A stretch of 63,939 nt of DNA from Spirochaetia bacterium (GTDB taxonomy: Bacteria; Oederibacteriota; PGYV01; Palsa-1178), in assembly GCA_021372235.1 (NCBI GenBank), contig JAJFUW010000061.1, forward strand, positions 1 to 63,939, written 5' to 3'. The notes beneath the pieces were generated by a model. That model was not told the DNA's origin, made no database searches, and saw only the letters and a program-made list of their open reading frames with translations. The position numbers and the translations under genes were made by a program. Below, one piece after another: positions 27,732 to 38,339 of the stretch. Each line of letters starts with the position of its first letter. Position 1 is the first letter of the stretch.

Positions 27732-30293
27732 CTAACCGAAATACAACTCCCCTGACTGCCCGACCGCGTCCGCGTTCAAATATATCCTGCCGCCTGCCAC
27801 ATCAGAGGCGTCTATGACCCTGACGGTCCCCTGCCACCTCTTCTCATCCGGCAGCATCACGGCCAATCTGTCCTTTTGCTCCATCAATATGTTGCCGTTC
27901 AGTATGTTCTGTTTGTTGGCGGGAAAAAATCCCATGTACAGTATGTCCATCTCGACCATGTCGTTAAAAAAGTGAGTCCCCATGGATAGGTCGGGGGTCA
28001 GTCCCTCATGCATGACGCCTATCTCGCATATCACGGAGGCCGTATTTATCTCCGAAAAATTGACCGGCACACCGAGCGAGGGCATTTTTGTGCACCACCT
28101 TCCCGGGCCTATGAGCATGAGCGTCATATCAGGGCTTCCCGAGTGCGCCAGTCTGCCTATGACCCTGGCAAGCGCGTACCTCTCCTGCTCCGGGAGTTTT
28201 CCGTAAACTTCCGGTACGACGTATATTATCCTGTCCACTTCGGTTATCCTGCTGCGTCCGACTATGCCTCCCGCGGTTTTCATGACAAGCCTGGCATCCC
28301 CGGAGAGCGGCGCCGCCGTATCCGCGGCGTTCCCGGTCTTGATTTGCTGCGGCCTGCACTGGAGCAGGTTTATCCTGTATGTCCCGTCACCGGAAAAATT
28401 CGCCGTAAACTCGACGTCAACCTGGCTGCCGTAGGCGCTGCGGAGTATCCGCAAAATTTCAGACATATCATTGATGAAAGGCGTTGACCTGATGACATTG
28501 TCAAAACTTACCACCCTGAACCGGTTTCCGTTGTGCTCAACTTCATCCGTGAACATTGACGTGTCCATATCCTGATTTTCCTTCATTATATCGGTCAGGT
28601 ACTCGGTCTCCAGCGAATTTTTACCCAGGTTCAGGACATCCACCCGTTTCTGGGTATACCTGACCACCTCGCTGCCGCTTCCTTCGGGCCTTTTATCCGG
28701 TGCGGAAAGCGAAACAATCCGCGTATAATCGTCATCATGCCTGTCAACCGCCCTGGTACCAAGCCCGTAGACCAGTCGCAGCAGGCCTGCTTCGGGGACT
28801 ATATCCCGTTCCCATGTATACGCGTTATAGGAGAATCCCACTCCCGCCAGTTGCGGCATAAAAATACTGCGGTGCCGCGAACCCGATACCCGCTGAACCA
28901 AAAGCGCCATTTGCTCGTCGTTCTCTAAAACGCCCTTTTTCGCGCGGTAAGCCAGTGCTTCGTGCGACATGGTGCTCGCGTATATGACCCTTACGGCGTC
29001 AAGAAAGTGTCTGAGCCTGAGCGCGCTGTCGCCGTTGTTCACGCAGAATATTGATTCATATTTCCCGGAAAAAGCATTCCCAAAATTATCCTCTAAAAGC
29101 GAGCTGGAGCGCACAATTATCGGTGCCTGGCCAAAATAATCCAGCATATCCGAGAACCTCTTGACCACATCCTCCGGGAATGTCCCTGTGAGCATGCGTT
29201 CCCGCGCCTCCTCGATGCCTTCAAACAGGGTCTCCTGTTTTTTCTGTTTTTGCCTGATATGCCAGCACCCGTTCCGCACGAGGAACGAGTAAAATATGTC
29301 GGACCCGATGTAAAAAGAATCGTGTTTTTCCATTATCTGCGCGTAACGCGGAAAATTCTTTTTCAATATGCTGTGGGCCAGGAGCATACCCGCTGATTTT
29401 CCGCCTATCATACCCGACCCTATCGTGCGTTTCCATATATCTATCAACCCTGACAGGTCGAGGTATTTTTTTGCCATTTCCAGCATCCGCTCATCCGTGG
29501 CTATCATCTGCCGGAGCTGCCGGTGTAAAACGTCGCGGACCGTCTCGGGCGAACACTCCCCGCGGTTGCACGACTTTGTCAGGTTCTCCGCCTCGATGAA
29601 CAGTTTGTCCCACAGTCCAACCTCCCTGTACGGGGCGGACGGCAAACCGTACCACGGCCCGGTCAGGGAAACTTCCGCGATACGCGTGGAATCCATTATA
29701 GGGGTGAATGTGTCCGCCTGCCTCTCGTGCAGCATATACATGGTTTCCGAATAGCGGCCGTCAACCTTTACGGGGTGCAGGTACTGCCTGCCATCCCTGT
29801 TGTAGATGTCCAGTATGAGCTGGGTTGTGCGCATGATGAGCCTGGTTGCATGGTAGGAGTTGTAGTTGCGCTGGACAACAAAATAGGCAATACATTCCAT
29901 TTTCAGCAGTCTGGGGCAGGTAAGGACGAAAAAGTTCTCTATCATGGCCTCGGAAAAAAAATCCACGGCCAGTTCGGAGAGCGAATCAAAAATATAATAT
30001 CCGCCGTTCCCCACCCGTGTTATCACGTCGTGCATGCCTGTTATGAACTTTTCAAAGCCTTCGTCTGCTTTTAGTTGTACGACCTCCGCTCCTGGCCCCG
30101 CCTCCATCAGGGGCCGGTGCCCTGCAAAACGAAAATAGACAAGTTTGCGGTTGTTGGCGCGCGCGTAGTCGCAGTAGGGTTTGACGTAGGACGTGAAGTC
30201 TTCGACGGAGTCCGCCTGCCAGACTATGTTATCACCCGGTAAAATACCGTGAAGTATCCTGTCAAGCCCGGGAATTCCTGTCGAGTCATTCAT
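27732..30293 (-). CDS. PEP/pyruvate-binding (PPDK N-terminal ATP-grasp-like) protein with N-terminal KaiC/RecA-like domain lacking a Walker A loop
   Basis: Start at MNDSTGIPGLDRILHG (GGAG upstream). The KaiC-type opening GIPGLD is followed by GILPGDNIVWQADS in place of a GxxGxGKT P-loop. Central GGKSAGMLLA and ATP-grasp-like blocks. Confidence 0.7.
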   Translation of the reverse strand: MNDSTGIPGLDRILHGILPGDNIVWQADSVEDFTSYVKPYCDYARANNRKLVYFRFAGHRPLMEAGPGAEVVQLKADEGFEKFITGMHDVITRVGNGGYYIFDSLSELAVDFFSEAMIENFFVLTCPRLLKMECIAYFVVQRNYNSYHATRLIMRTTQLILDIYNRDGRQYLHPVKVDGRYSETMYMLHERQADTFTPIMDSTRIAEVSLTGPWYGLPSAPYREVGLWDKLFIEAENLTKSCNRGECSPETVRDVLHRQLRQMIATDERMLEMAKKYLDLSGLIDIWKRTIGSGMIGGKSAGMLLAHSILKKNFPRYAQIMEKHDSFYIGSDIFYSFLVRNGCWHIRQKQKKQETLFEGIEEARERMLTGTFPEDVVKRFSDMLDYFGQAPIIVRSSSLLEDNFGNAFSGKYESIFCVNNGDSALRLRHFLDAVRVIYASTMSHEALAYRAKKGVLENDEQMALLVQRVSGSRHRSIFMPQLAGVGFSYNAYTWERDIVPEAGLLRLVYGLGTRAVDRHDDDYTRIVSLSAPDKRPEGSGSEVVRYTQKRVDVLNLGKNSLETEYLTDIMKENQDMDTSMFTDEVEHNGNRFRVVSFDNVIRSTPFINDMSEILRILRSAYGSQVDVEFTANFSGDGTYRINLLQCRPQQIKTGNAADTAAPLSGDARLVMKTAGGIVGRSRITEVDRIIYVVPEVYGKLPEQERYALARVIGRLAHSGSPDMTLMLIGPGRWCTKMPSLGVPVNFSEINTASVICEIGVMHEGLTPDLSMGTHFFNDMVEMDILYMGFFPANKQNILNGNILMEQKDRLAVMLPDEKRWQGTVRVIDASDVAGGRIYLNADAVGQSGELYFG

Positions 30294-30553
30294 TATAATA
30301 TTTTCTCCTTTGGCCCGGCTGACCTCATAATAATAGCGGCAACTGTCACCGTCCCGACGATTTGCGGCACTATCGGATTGCCCGTTTTTTTGCATCCTGA
30401 AATAACCGCTAATGCCGTTGACATTATGTCGGTAAAAAATTCATTTTCTCAACTCTTCGCTGCCGCGTGTTTTATGCATACATACTAACACAATACCGTG
30501 CACAGTCAATAATCCGCGCCCTTTAAAAACAACAACTGTAATCCCCCGCGCAA

Positions 30554-30582
30554 TTGTCAATTAACCCGCGGCGTAGTATAAT
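30554..30582 (+). promoter_or_regulatory. Sigma70-type promoter (TTGTCA-17 nt-TATAAT) for the M20 peptidase gene
   Basis: Exact 17-nt spacing. AAGGAG SD at 30596, ATG at 30609. Confidence 0.55.
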
Positions 30583-30608
30583 ATCCGAAAACGACAAGGA
30601 GCCTTCAT

Positions 30609-31775
30609 ATGAAAAACAACCCGTCGTCCGTCAAGGAACTGCTGCAACACCTCGTCCGCATCCCCTCCGTGAACCGGTTCATCACGGGTAAAACAGGCGC
30701 CGAGGAAGATGTGGCGGCATACCTGAAAGATTTGAGCATTTCCTGGGGTCTGAACGCACAACTGCTGGATGTCCCCGGCATCGGCCATAACCTTTTAATA
30801 ACGAAAAAATTCAAAAGCGGCGTGCCGTGGATAATGTTCGCCTCGCACATGGATACGGTCTCGGCCGAGGGCATGGCTTTTGAGCCTTTCTGCGGTGAGG
30901 AAAAAAACGGACGCATACTTGGCCGAGGTTCGTGCGATGACAAAGGCTCTATCGCGGCGTCGCTGTGGGCCTTAAAGCAGGCGGCCGCGGAAGACACCTG
31001 CGGAAATAACATTGCAATCCTGCTGACAGTCGATGAGGAGCAACAGCGCCACGGAGCCGCTGCTTTCAGCAAAATCCAACTGCCGGATATCGGCTTTAAA
31101 CCCGCGGGTGTCATAGTGGCCGAGCCGACATCTCTTAAACCCATAGTCTCCCACGCAGGCATTGCCCATTTTTCCGTTATTACCCGCGGCAAAGCCGCAC
31201 ACGCCTCCAACCCGTCAAATGGAAGGTCTGCGATACACGACATGATGAATGTCATGGAATCGCTGGAGAATGATTACATAGCAAAACTCACGGCATCCGA
31301 CCCTCTCTGCGGCAGAGCCCGGTGTTCAATAAATATGATAAATGGCGGCAGGCAGGTCAATGCCGTCCCGGATGAGTGCGTCATACAGGTTGACCGCAGG
31401 GTCATGCCGGGCGAAGATCCTGCTTCGATTTTGCCCGCGGTTGAAAATATCCTCGCCCGCCTGCGGAACGCTGACCCCTCACTGCAGGTTGAGGTACGGC
31501 CCTTATTCAGCGACAACCCTTTGTCGCAGGACTTAAATTGCCCTTTCATAAAAAACGTTCTGGACTGCCTGGAAAAATCCGGGCCGGACGCCGGGCCCAC
31601 GGGTGCGCAGTTTGCGACTGACGCTGGGGCGTTTTCGGGCGCTGGCCTGCCCTGCGTGGTATTGGGCCCGGGTGAGGACACAGAGGCACATACGGCGAAC
31701 GAATCCATCGGCATAAACGAACTGGAACATGGGGTGAAAGTTTTTGGGGCGCTTATGATGAGGAGGTATATTTAA
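30609..31775 (+). CDS. M20-family metallopeptidase (ArgE/DapE-like deacylase)
   Basis: MFASHMDTV, GRGSCDDKG, EEQQRHG; typical M20 metal-ligand blocks. Confidence 0.88.
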   Translation: MKNNPSSVKELLQHLVRIPSVNRFITGKTGAEEDVAAYLKDLSISWGLNAQLLDVPGIGHNLLITKKFKSGVPWIMFASHMDTVSAEGMAFEPFCGEEKNGRILGRGSCDDKGSIAASLWALKQAAAEDTCGNNIAILLTVDEEQQRHGAAAFSKIQLPDIGFKPAGVIVAEPTSLKPIVSHAGIAHFSVITRGKAAHASNPSNGRSAIHDMMNVMESLENDYIAKLTASDPLCGRARCSINMINGGRQVNAVPDECVIQVDRRVMPGEDPASILPAVENILARLRNADPSLQVEVRPLFSDNPLSQDLNCPFIKNVLDCLEKSGPDAGPTGAQFATDAGAFSGAGLPCVVLGPGEDTEAHTANESIGINELEHGVKVFGALMMRRYI

Positions 31776-31787
31776 TACATTTTTTAG

Positions 31788-33045
31788 TTACCTCAGGATG
31801 ACCGGTTCTTTTACCATCCTTGCCGAATCTCCGTCGGTCCCGGTGCATATCACCGTTACATGGTACAGCCCGCACGACAATCCCATGAGGTCATAAGAAA
31901 CCCCGTCGTGCCTTCCCTCGGGAACATCCGTATATGTATACTGTTTTACCGGCCTGAAACCCGACGTATAGATGTTTATTTTAACCGTGACCGCCACGCC
32001 TGTTATGTCATAGACTATCCTCGGCCTCCCGTAGGATGGGTTCAGGTATATGAATACTTCGTTTATCGTTTATCGTTTATCGTTTATCCCAACCGTCCTG
32101 TCAAAAAAACCGTTTGCGTAACGGTCTGCATGGATGTTGCGGTAAGCGTCTGTGTGACCGTCGCACTGTCTGTCGGCGTGTCAGTGGTGTTTTTTGTCAC
32201 AGTGGAGTCACTGTCGGCGAACACACCGTAGTCTCGGTCACGGTCGGAGTAAAGGTATAGGTACCGTTTGTTGTCGGCGCCCTAGTAGGGAGCGCGGTGA
32301 ATGTGGGGGTGAGCGTCGCCTGTACCGCGTCTATTTTCCTGATGCGGTTGTTCCCGGTATCAGCCACATAGAACACCTGGTTCGCTATATAGACAATTCC
32401 GCCGTAACAAGACATGCCAAAAGCGTCCGCGGAGTTGCCTTCCCTGTCGCCCTGCGCCTGCGCTCTCGCTTCTTAACGGGATACTCCCGTGGCAGTTTCA
32501 ACCGACCTTATCATATAATTTCGTAATCCGAGACATACAACCTGCCCGAGGCCTCGTACAGGCATACGCCGCGCAATCCGGAAAACCAGGCTGTATTGTA
32601 CGTTTCCTCCTGATAGGAATATTTCGTGCTGTCGTCGGCCAAAAGGGATGTGGCAAGCGTCACGAGATTGATGACCCTGATGCAGTTATTGCAGCTGTCA
32701 GCCACGTAGAGCAGGGTGCCAGCGGAGTTGATATCGAGCCCGGTTGGATGGTTGAACTGTACGGCTGTTCCCGTTCAAAATTCCTGATGTGCCTGTTCCC
32801 GCGAGCGTGGATACGGTGCATGTTGAGAGGTTGACTTTCCTGATGACATGGTTCCCGGTGTCCGCAATGCAGGCTGTTGAACCTGATACTGCCACGCCCC
32901 TGGGCGCGTTCATGGTGGCGGACGGCATAGTGTTGCCGTCGCCGTCATAAAATCCCATGCCTGCGCCCAGACAGGTCTGCCCGCGCACGGAAAAGAACTG
33001 CGCGCAGAATATGGCAAATACAACGCAAAACAATATCCTGCGCAT
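31788..33045 (-). pseudogene. Decayed NHL-repeat / Thr-rich surface protein with C-terminal sorting-type domain
   Basis: Four track ORFs in different frames (32698..33045 with signal peptide + NHL, 32511..32705, 32197..32415, 31788..31997 CTD) read colinearly as one protein. At least 4 frame disruptions. Confidence 0.75.
32061..32088. repeat. Heptanucleotide tandem repeat (GTTTATC)x4
   Basis: Read directly. On the gene strand (GATAAAC)x4 places TAA in all three frames. Confidence 0.9.
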
Positions 33046-33395
33046 TTAATACCAACGCCTTTCATTATAATATACCGGTAATTCCGGGGTTTAATACTAT
33101 TAAACGAACAGAACACCATAGCTAAAACGCTTTTTATATATGGATATTTCGGAAACTAACGGGTTTACTTTAGCTTATAATTGAATTCCTTCATATTAGA
33201 CGTCCTCGGGAGGCCTCGGGTTGCCCGCAATCAATCGTCCTGTTTTTCCGGTTTTCCATCAAATAGTTTCTGTGGGGAGCAGCCCTGTTCTCTCTGTTCA
33301 CAATGGCTGCACGCCGGATTGCCGCACATAAAACCACTGCCCATGCCGGAAAGTTCCATCAGCAAATATAAAAAAAGTTATAGGCCCTGCGCCGG

Positions 33396-35180
33396 TTAAT
33401 AGTTCGCATCAGGGTGCTCTTTCCATCTGCGCGCCGCTTCCGACATTTTCCTGTGGGTTGTCTTTGCAGCATTTTTTGCCTCCGCCTCTTTTGTCGCGTT
33501 AAATTTTACCACAACATACAGGTCGCGCGCCTCCATGCCGGTCAGGTAATACATTTTTAGCCTGTCCACCTCTATCTCTGTGCTGAACCTGCCCCGGTGT
33601 TCCCTGTAGTAGACCGAACAGGATATGCTGCGTTTCAACTCCCCTTTTAATATCTCATACAGCCTGTATAGCGCCTGCTGGCCCCTGTTCTCAAACATTT
33701 TTCCGTCCAGTACGTAGTCCGTCTCGGGGACGTCGCCGTTCAGGTAGCGTTTCAGGTCCAGCGCTTCATTATCCCTGATCGCAGCCTCCATCAGTTCTAT
33801 CCTCCGTTTTAGCGTCAGGTAATTGTAGGAGTGTTTGTCCTCTTTGCGCATCCTGTCCAGACAGGAACGCGCGGCCTCCGGGTTCATGTCATCCATTGAG
33901 CACAGAGCCATGGTGCATAGCGCGTTAAAGTTGTCCGGCTGCAGTTTCAGCGCCTCTTTCGCATACTGTCCCGCATCCGCGCACCTTCCGCATTTGTAGA
34001 GGTAAAACGCCAGTTCGGCGCGGTAACGTGCCTTTTTTGGCTTGCGTTCTATGGCACGCAGGTACATCTCGCAGCCTTCATCTGCTCTCTCCATGTTAAA
34101 ATATACCGAACCCAGAACCGACAGGGTTATGTGCCAGTCCGGCTCCAGTTCCAGCGCGCGCAACAGGTATTTTTCCGCCTCCCTGAACCTGCCCGCTCCG
34201 TAGAGCGCGAGCCCCATATTGTGCAGGGGGTTGTGGTGGGATTTGAAAATTTTCAGGGACTCCTCGAAAAATTCCATGGCACGCCTGTCGTCATTGTCCA
34301 GAAAAGCCACGCCAAGATTGTTGTACAAAAGTGAACTGCTGTAACCTCCCGGCAGGGCGTTTTCTATGGCGTAATTGAGCGTCTCTTTACCCTGCTCCAG
34401 CCTGCCCTGGCGTATCAGCATTGTCCCCATGTTGATGAGGTCCCCGGTATTTTTTTTTGCGGCCTCTATGCCCTCGACATAGACCTCTTCCTTTGAATTC
34501 ATGTCTCCCTGTGACCCGTAATACTCCGCCAAGAATTTGACTCCGTCGGGATATGACGGATGCAGTTTTACTTCGCCTACATACTGGACGTACGCTTCCT
34601 GTTTACGGCCGAGTTTTTCCAGTGTACGCCCCAGCCACGCCCTGAGGCCTTCCTGCCCACCATAATTCAACATCATCCGTTCAAAAACCCCGAGTGCCTC
34701 CTGCAGTCTGCCTGTGTGGTTGTAGCAGCACCCCAGCGCAAAAAGCACGTCCGAATCTCCGGGCCTTATCAATACGGATTTTTCCAGAGCTGCTATGGCC
34801 TCGTCGTAATCCTCCAGGTCCGTGCAGACCAGCCCGAGCGCGGCCAAAGCGTCGCAGTCATGGGGCCTGTCGTCGAGTATCTGTTTGAAAAACTTCCTGG
34901 CAGAGTTGCCTCTCTGGAGGTGTTTGTAGGTAAAAGCAAGTTTTTTTGCGTTGTCAATGGTGGGGGCTTTTGCGTAGAGGTCCTGTGCTGCCCGCAGTTC
35001 CGCGTCGGGATTTTTTGCCTTGCGGCAGGTCTTGATCAGCAGTTCGTGCGCGGGGCCGTGCGATGGGTCCATCTCGAGGAGTTTCAGCAGTGCGCCGTAG
35101 GCTTTGTTGTAATCCCCGGAGTTGTAAGCGATTTCTGCCTCTTCATAGAGCCATTTTGTATCCTCTGACATGGCGGCCAC
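33396..35180 (-). CDS. TPR-repeat protein
   Basis: 594 aa, with more than 10 TPR-like 34-aa repeats (A..Y..AL...P). Confidence 0.85.
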   Translation of the reverse strand: MAAMSEDTKWLYEEAEIAYNSGDYNKAYGALLKLLEMDPSHGPAHELLIKTCRKAKNPDAELRAAQDLYAKAPTIDNAKKLAFTYKHLQRGNSARKFFKQILDDRPHDCDALAALGLVCTDLEDYDEAIAALEKSVLIRPGDSDVLFALGCCYNHTGRLQEALGVFERMMLNYGGQEGLRAWLGRTLEKLGRKQEAYVQYVGEVKLHPSYPDGVKFLAEYYGSQGDMNSKEEVYVEGIEAAKKNTGDLINMGTMLIRQGRLEQGKETLNYAIENALPGGYSSSLLYNNLGVAFLDNDDRRAMEFFEESLKIFKSHHNPLHNMGLALYGAGRFREAEKYLLRALELEPDWHITLSVLGSVYFNMERADEGCEMYLRAIERKPKKARYRAELAFYLYKCGRCADAGQYAKEALKLQPDNFNALCTMALCSMDDMNPEAARSCLDRMRKEDKHSYNYLTLKRRIELMEAAIRDNEALDLKRYLNGDVPETDYVLDGKMFENRGQQALYRLYEILKGELKRSISCSVYYREHRGRFSTEIEVDRLKMYYLTGMEARDLYVVVKFNATKEAEAKNAAKTTHRKMSEAARRWKEHPDANY

Positions 35181-35472
35181 CTTCCTGTTTTAGCTCGTAG
35201 GGAGTCTTCCTGTTCTTAGGAACGTGGAAAAAGACCGGGCCCGACTCAAGTCATCATGATAAAGGCGCATCACCACCTTTCATCAAAAATGGAAACTTCT
35301 ATTATATCCATGACATATTATGACGGCAAAATCAATGTCAGCAGGCGGATTGGTTTTGTGCCGGGGCAGACATGGGCATAGGGTGGAACAGGAGGAAAAA
35401 CATGTTGATTTTAAAGGGTGTTTTTTAGGCGCTTTTTTTTACAAAAAAACCGCAAAACAGCAGTTAAAACAA

Positions 35473-35543
35473 TAGAGGCGGGACCGGTGCCCGCCTCCTT
35501 TGTTCAACCACACCCCTGAACCGGCTACAGGTGCCGGCTCTAC
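35473..35543. repeat. Family G two-hairpin element, copy 2
   Basis: TAGAG-GAGGCGGG/accggtg/CCCGCCTC-23 nt-CCGGC/tacaggt/GCCGG-CTCTAC. Confidence 0.6.
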
Positions 35544-36059
35544 CGGGTAATCTATATCTGCCTATTTTTCTTTGCAGACTTTGCCGCCGGCGCCGGTTCC
35601 TCAACCCTCACAGCTGCCGCAGATCTTTTTAGTTCGATTATCTTCCCCGTCAGCAGGGCCCCGACATATCCCAGCATAAACGCGAGAAGCGAGAGTGCCA
35701 CGATTAAAAATATTCTTTATATTGCTCGTATTTTGGTGTATCGAAACGCCTTCTTATAATCAAGTTTTGTATTGATACACTACTTGATAAATCCCCTATA
35801 CATATTATAAAAATGTTGGGATTTTCGGTTTCAAGCAAAATTTAGCGGATAATGACCTTTTCCTTTGCCATATATCTGTCATAAACAAAGAGCAGGATGT
35901 TCAGTAGGGCGAGCGAGATGAAACCCGCCAACCCTGTCATTCCCACGATGAGGTCGTCCCCTCCTTTTACGTACATGAGGGGTATGCCCTCCGAGGCGTT
36001 CATCACACCGTGAAAAATGGACTCATCTACCACCCTTTCAGGGTACTCACAAATTATCC

Positions 36060-36088
36060 TTGAAAAAACACAAATATTCCCCTATAAT
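36060..36088 (+). promoter_or_regulatory. Sigma70-type promoter of tRNA-Cys (TTGAAA-17 nt-TATAAT)
   Basis: Exact 17-nt spacing. The -10 element ends 25 nt before the tRNA 5' end. Confidence 0.6.
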
Positions 36089-36113
36089 TATGCCTGCTTT
36101 AATACAAAATTTT

Positions 36114-36188
36114 GGTGGCGTAGCCAAGTGGTAAGGCACGGGTCTGCAAAACCCTTATTCATCGGTTCAATTCCGATCGCCACCTCCA
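36114..36188 (+). tRNA. tRNA-Cys (anticodon GCA), CCA encoded
   Basis: Cloverleaf folded by hand: acceptor GGTGGCG/CGCCACC, A13:A22-type D stem, anticodon loop CTGCAAA, T arm ATCGG-TTCAATT-CCGAT, discriminator U73. Confidence 0.93.
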
Positions 36189-36189
36189 A

Positions 36190-36226
36190 AAAATTGCCGG
36201 ACATAAAGTCCGGCAATTTTTTTTTG
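36190..36226 (+). terminator. Intrinsic terminator after tRNA-Cys
   Basis: AAATTGCCGGAC-ataaa-GTCCGGCAATTT followed by a T-run. Confidence 0.8.
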
Positions 36227-36334
36227 AAATAGAAAATAGGCCGTCGTGCCCCTCTGCCCGGTCCTGTCACTACACCACTTTAAAACAACGCAATAATACA
36301 ACAGGGGCGGATTTCTCCGCTCCTATTGTATTTA

Positions 36335-37190
36335 TTCAAATCTATTTTTTTTCCAGTAATCTGCCATCACTTCAGCCTGTTTTAAAACCGTATCAACGGC
36401 TTTTTGCTGCCTGTCCGGCGGATAGCCTTTTTAAACCCGTCCCGGGATCTATCTTTTCTTCTTTTTCAAATACTATAAAATTCCGTATGAGGTCAGGCTG
36501 TGTTCCCGGTTTTAGTATGCCTTTTAAAAGAGTTTCCATCTCCGCAGTTATGGCGGGTGCATCATTTACGCCATCAGCACTTTTCCAAGCGAGGCACCGG
36601 GAAAAAGAAGAGGATATGGTGCCTGCCCTGGCCTCCAGCCCGTCGTATACCACGCGCAGGGCGTTATAAAAGAAAAGCGACGGGATGGTTTTTTATAAGT
36701 CTGTATCTGGTCATACGCCTTTCTGGCCGTGGCATTTTCATCGGCGGAATTTTTTAGTTCTATGACCACGAGCGGAAGACCGTTTACAAACAGTATTATA
36801 TCGGGCCTTTTGTTTTGGTTTTTTTCGATTATTGTGAATTGATTAACCGCGTAAAAGGAATTATTGGCGGGATTATGATAAACTGTTTCATCGCGTTCCT
36901 GCCCGTCAACCCGCATGTTCACGTGGATGCCCTCGGTTAGAAACCTGTGAAACTGCCCCCTTAGCCTCGATAAGCTGTGGCGAGTAAATATTTTTTACCT
37001 CTTTTATCGCCTCTTCCAGCGCCGCGAGCGGCAATGAAGGATTAAGCTTCTGAAGAGCGATTTCCAGCAGGTCATAAAGCAGGACGTCGGAGTAGTCCAG
37101 AGTGTTCGGCGAACTGGTTCTGTCGGGAGAGTATGTTTTCTGACGCAAGGACCGCTCCGGGTGCTGTAGATTGCCGAATTGGCCTTATAT
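36335..37190 (-). pseudogene. hsdR: Type I restriction enzyme R subunit, N-terminal remnant with frameshifts
   Basis: Fragments ...LQKLNPSLPLAALEEAIKEV..., RPDIILFVNGLPLVVIELKN, AYDQIQTYKK lie in three frames. The helicase domains are missing. Confidence 0.75.
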
Positions 37191-37346
37191 TTCGGATGAA
37201 TTAATGGCCGAATACAATACCACCAGAAATTAATATTTCTCTTCGGATTTTTCGTCCTGAAACATCGTTTTCTTTATATCTATCTCCCAAATTAATTTAT
37301 CCAAACCGGATTTTACCCGTGCCGCAATTTTGAAATAAAAATTGAA

Positions 37347-38339
37347 CTATTTTAAAATAGAATCTTTATCCTCACTCACTATATAAAAATCAGCATCAAT
37401 ATATATATATACGCTATCGACAAAGGTTCCGTCCGTGCAGTATGACCTGGAACCTTCCAGCTTTAAGCCCGGTGTAAAGTTATCATTTATGTCATAGCTT
37501 CCCGCGAGCGTTATTCCTGATGAGTGCCCGATGGCTGTTTCCGTTGAGGGAGTTATGTATTTCGCGTAATAAAGCGAAAATTTCAGATACAGAACGTCTA
37601 TTGTCTTGGAAATATCCGCTGATAGGCTGTAGTCGTTGAAAGTTACGGCGGATTTAAGTGCCTGCTGGTTGATTAACTGTGAATTTGTCGTTATTGTGGA
37701 AGTACCGGAGTCAAGTATCTCCCTGATATTTGCATCATAAAAATTCCATGTGCCACTCATGGATAGTACGAATTTTTCCGGCAACTTAAACGACATGCCT
37801 GTTCCAGGCGCAAATTCCGTAAAACTGTTTTCTGCTATTTTTTCGTCATAGTTTAGCTGCCCAAATACAGGTTCCTGTACGGGTTGTATCTCCAGGTATC
37901 CCCCGAAGCTGTTGAATGTTACGCCGAAAAACGGGGATATCCCGAAAAAATCAAACTGTACGTCCATGCCCGGGCTCATGGCCCAGGCTTTTAGCACGTA
38001 CTTATAAGATATTTCAAATTGTTTGGACAAGGCGTTCGTATAGATCATCTTATAGACCGGATATGATGTATTTCCAGTATAGTTTAAGTCAAAACTGAAA
38101 CTCAAATTATCATTGACAATGTAATTCCCGCCGGCGCCCGGACTTATGCTAAAGTTGTGCCCCTGGCTTCCTGACATATCCAACGTTCCGCTTATTGAGA
38201 ACGGTTCATCATTGGTTGACACTCCCAGGCTATACGCCAGGTAATCTGAAGATGCTGAAATTTCGTTTGTAATACCTACCGATGCCTGTGCGGTTGTTAT
38301 AATAAACAGAAATACTAAGATTCCGGCTGTTTTTTTCAT
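37347..38339 (-). CDS. Hypothetical exported protein, probable outer-membrane beta-barrel
   Basis: Start at MKKTAGILVFLFIITTAQA (signal peptide), alternating beta pattern. AT-rich relative to its neighbours by eye. Confidence 0.6.
   Translation of the reverse strand: MKKTAGILVFLFIITTAQASVGITNEISASSDYLAYSLGVSTNDEPFSISGTLDMSGSQGHNFSISPGAGGNYIVNDNLSFSFDLNYTGNTSYPVYKMIYTNALSKQFEISYKYVLKAWAMSPGMDVQFDFFGISPFFGVTFNSFGGYLEIQPVQEPVFGQLNYDEKIAENSFTEFAPGTGMSFKLPEKFVLSMSGTWNFYDANIREILDSGTSTITTNSQLINQQALKSAVTFNDYSLSADISKTIDVLYLKFSLYYAKYITPSTETAIGHSSGITLAGSYDINDNFTPGLKLEGSRSYCTDGTFVDSVYIYIDADFYIVSEDKDSILK

Noticed and set aside
32061-32088. The heptamer array as an active phase-variation switch
   Set aside because: The gene has at least three further frame disruptions and the x4 array blocks every frame, so in its present state it is a pseudogene. 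It is retained only as a hypothesis about its history.
33231-33359. 42-aa Cys-rich ORF (MELSGMGSGFMCGNPACSHCEQREQGCSPQKLFDGKPEKQDD) downstream of the TPR gene, as a possible RiPP precursor or zinc peptide
   Set aside because: There is no Shine-Dalgarno and no adjacent maturation genes, and it is too short to distinguish from chance.
35570-36033. Small membrane-protein ORFs (35842..36033, and a ~47-aa GTG-started frame at 35570-35700) next to tRNA-Cys
   Set aside because: Each has a single hydrophobic segment, no SD, and no homology that I can recognise. They may be fragments of the degraded island.
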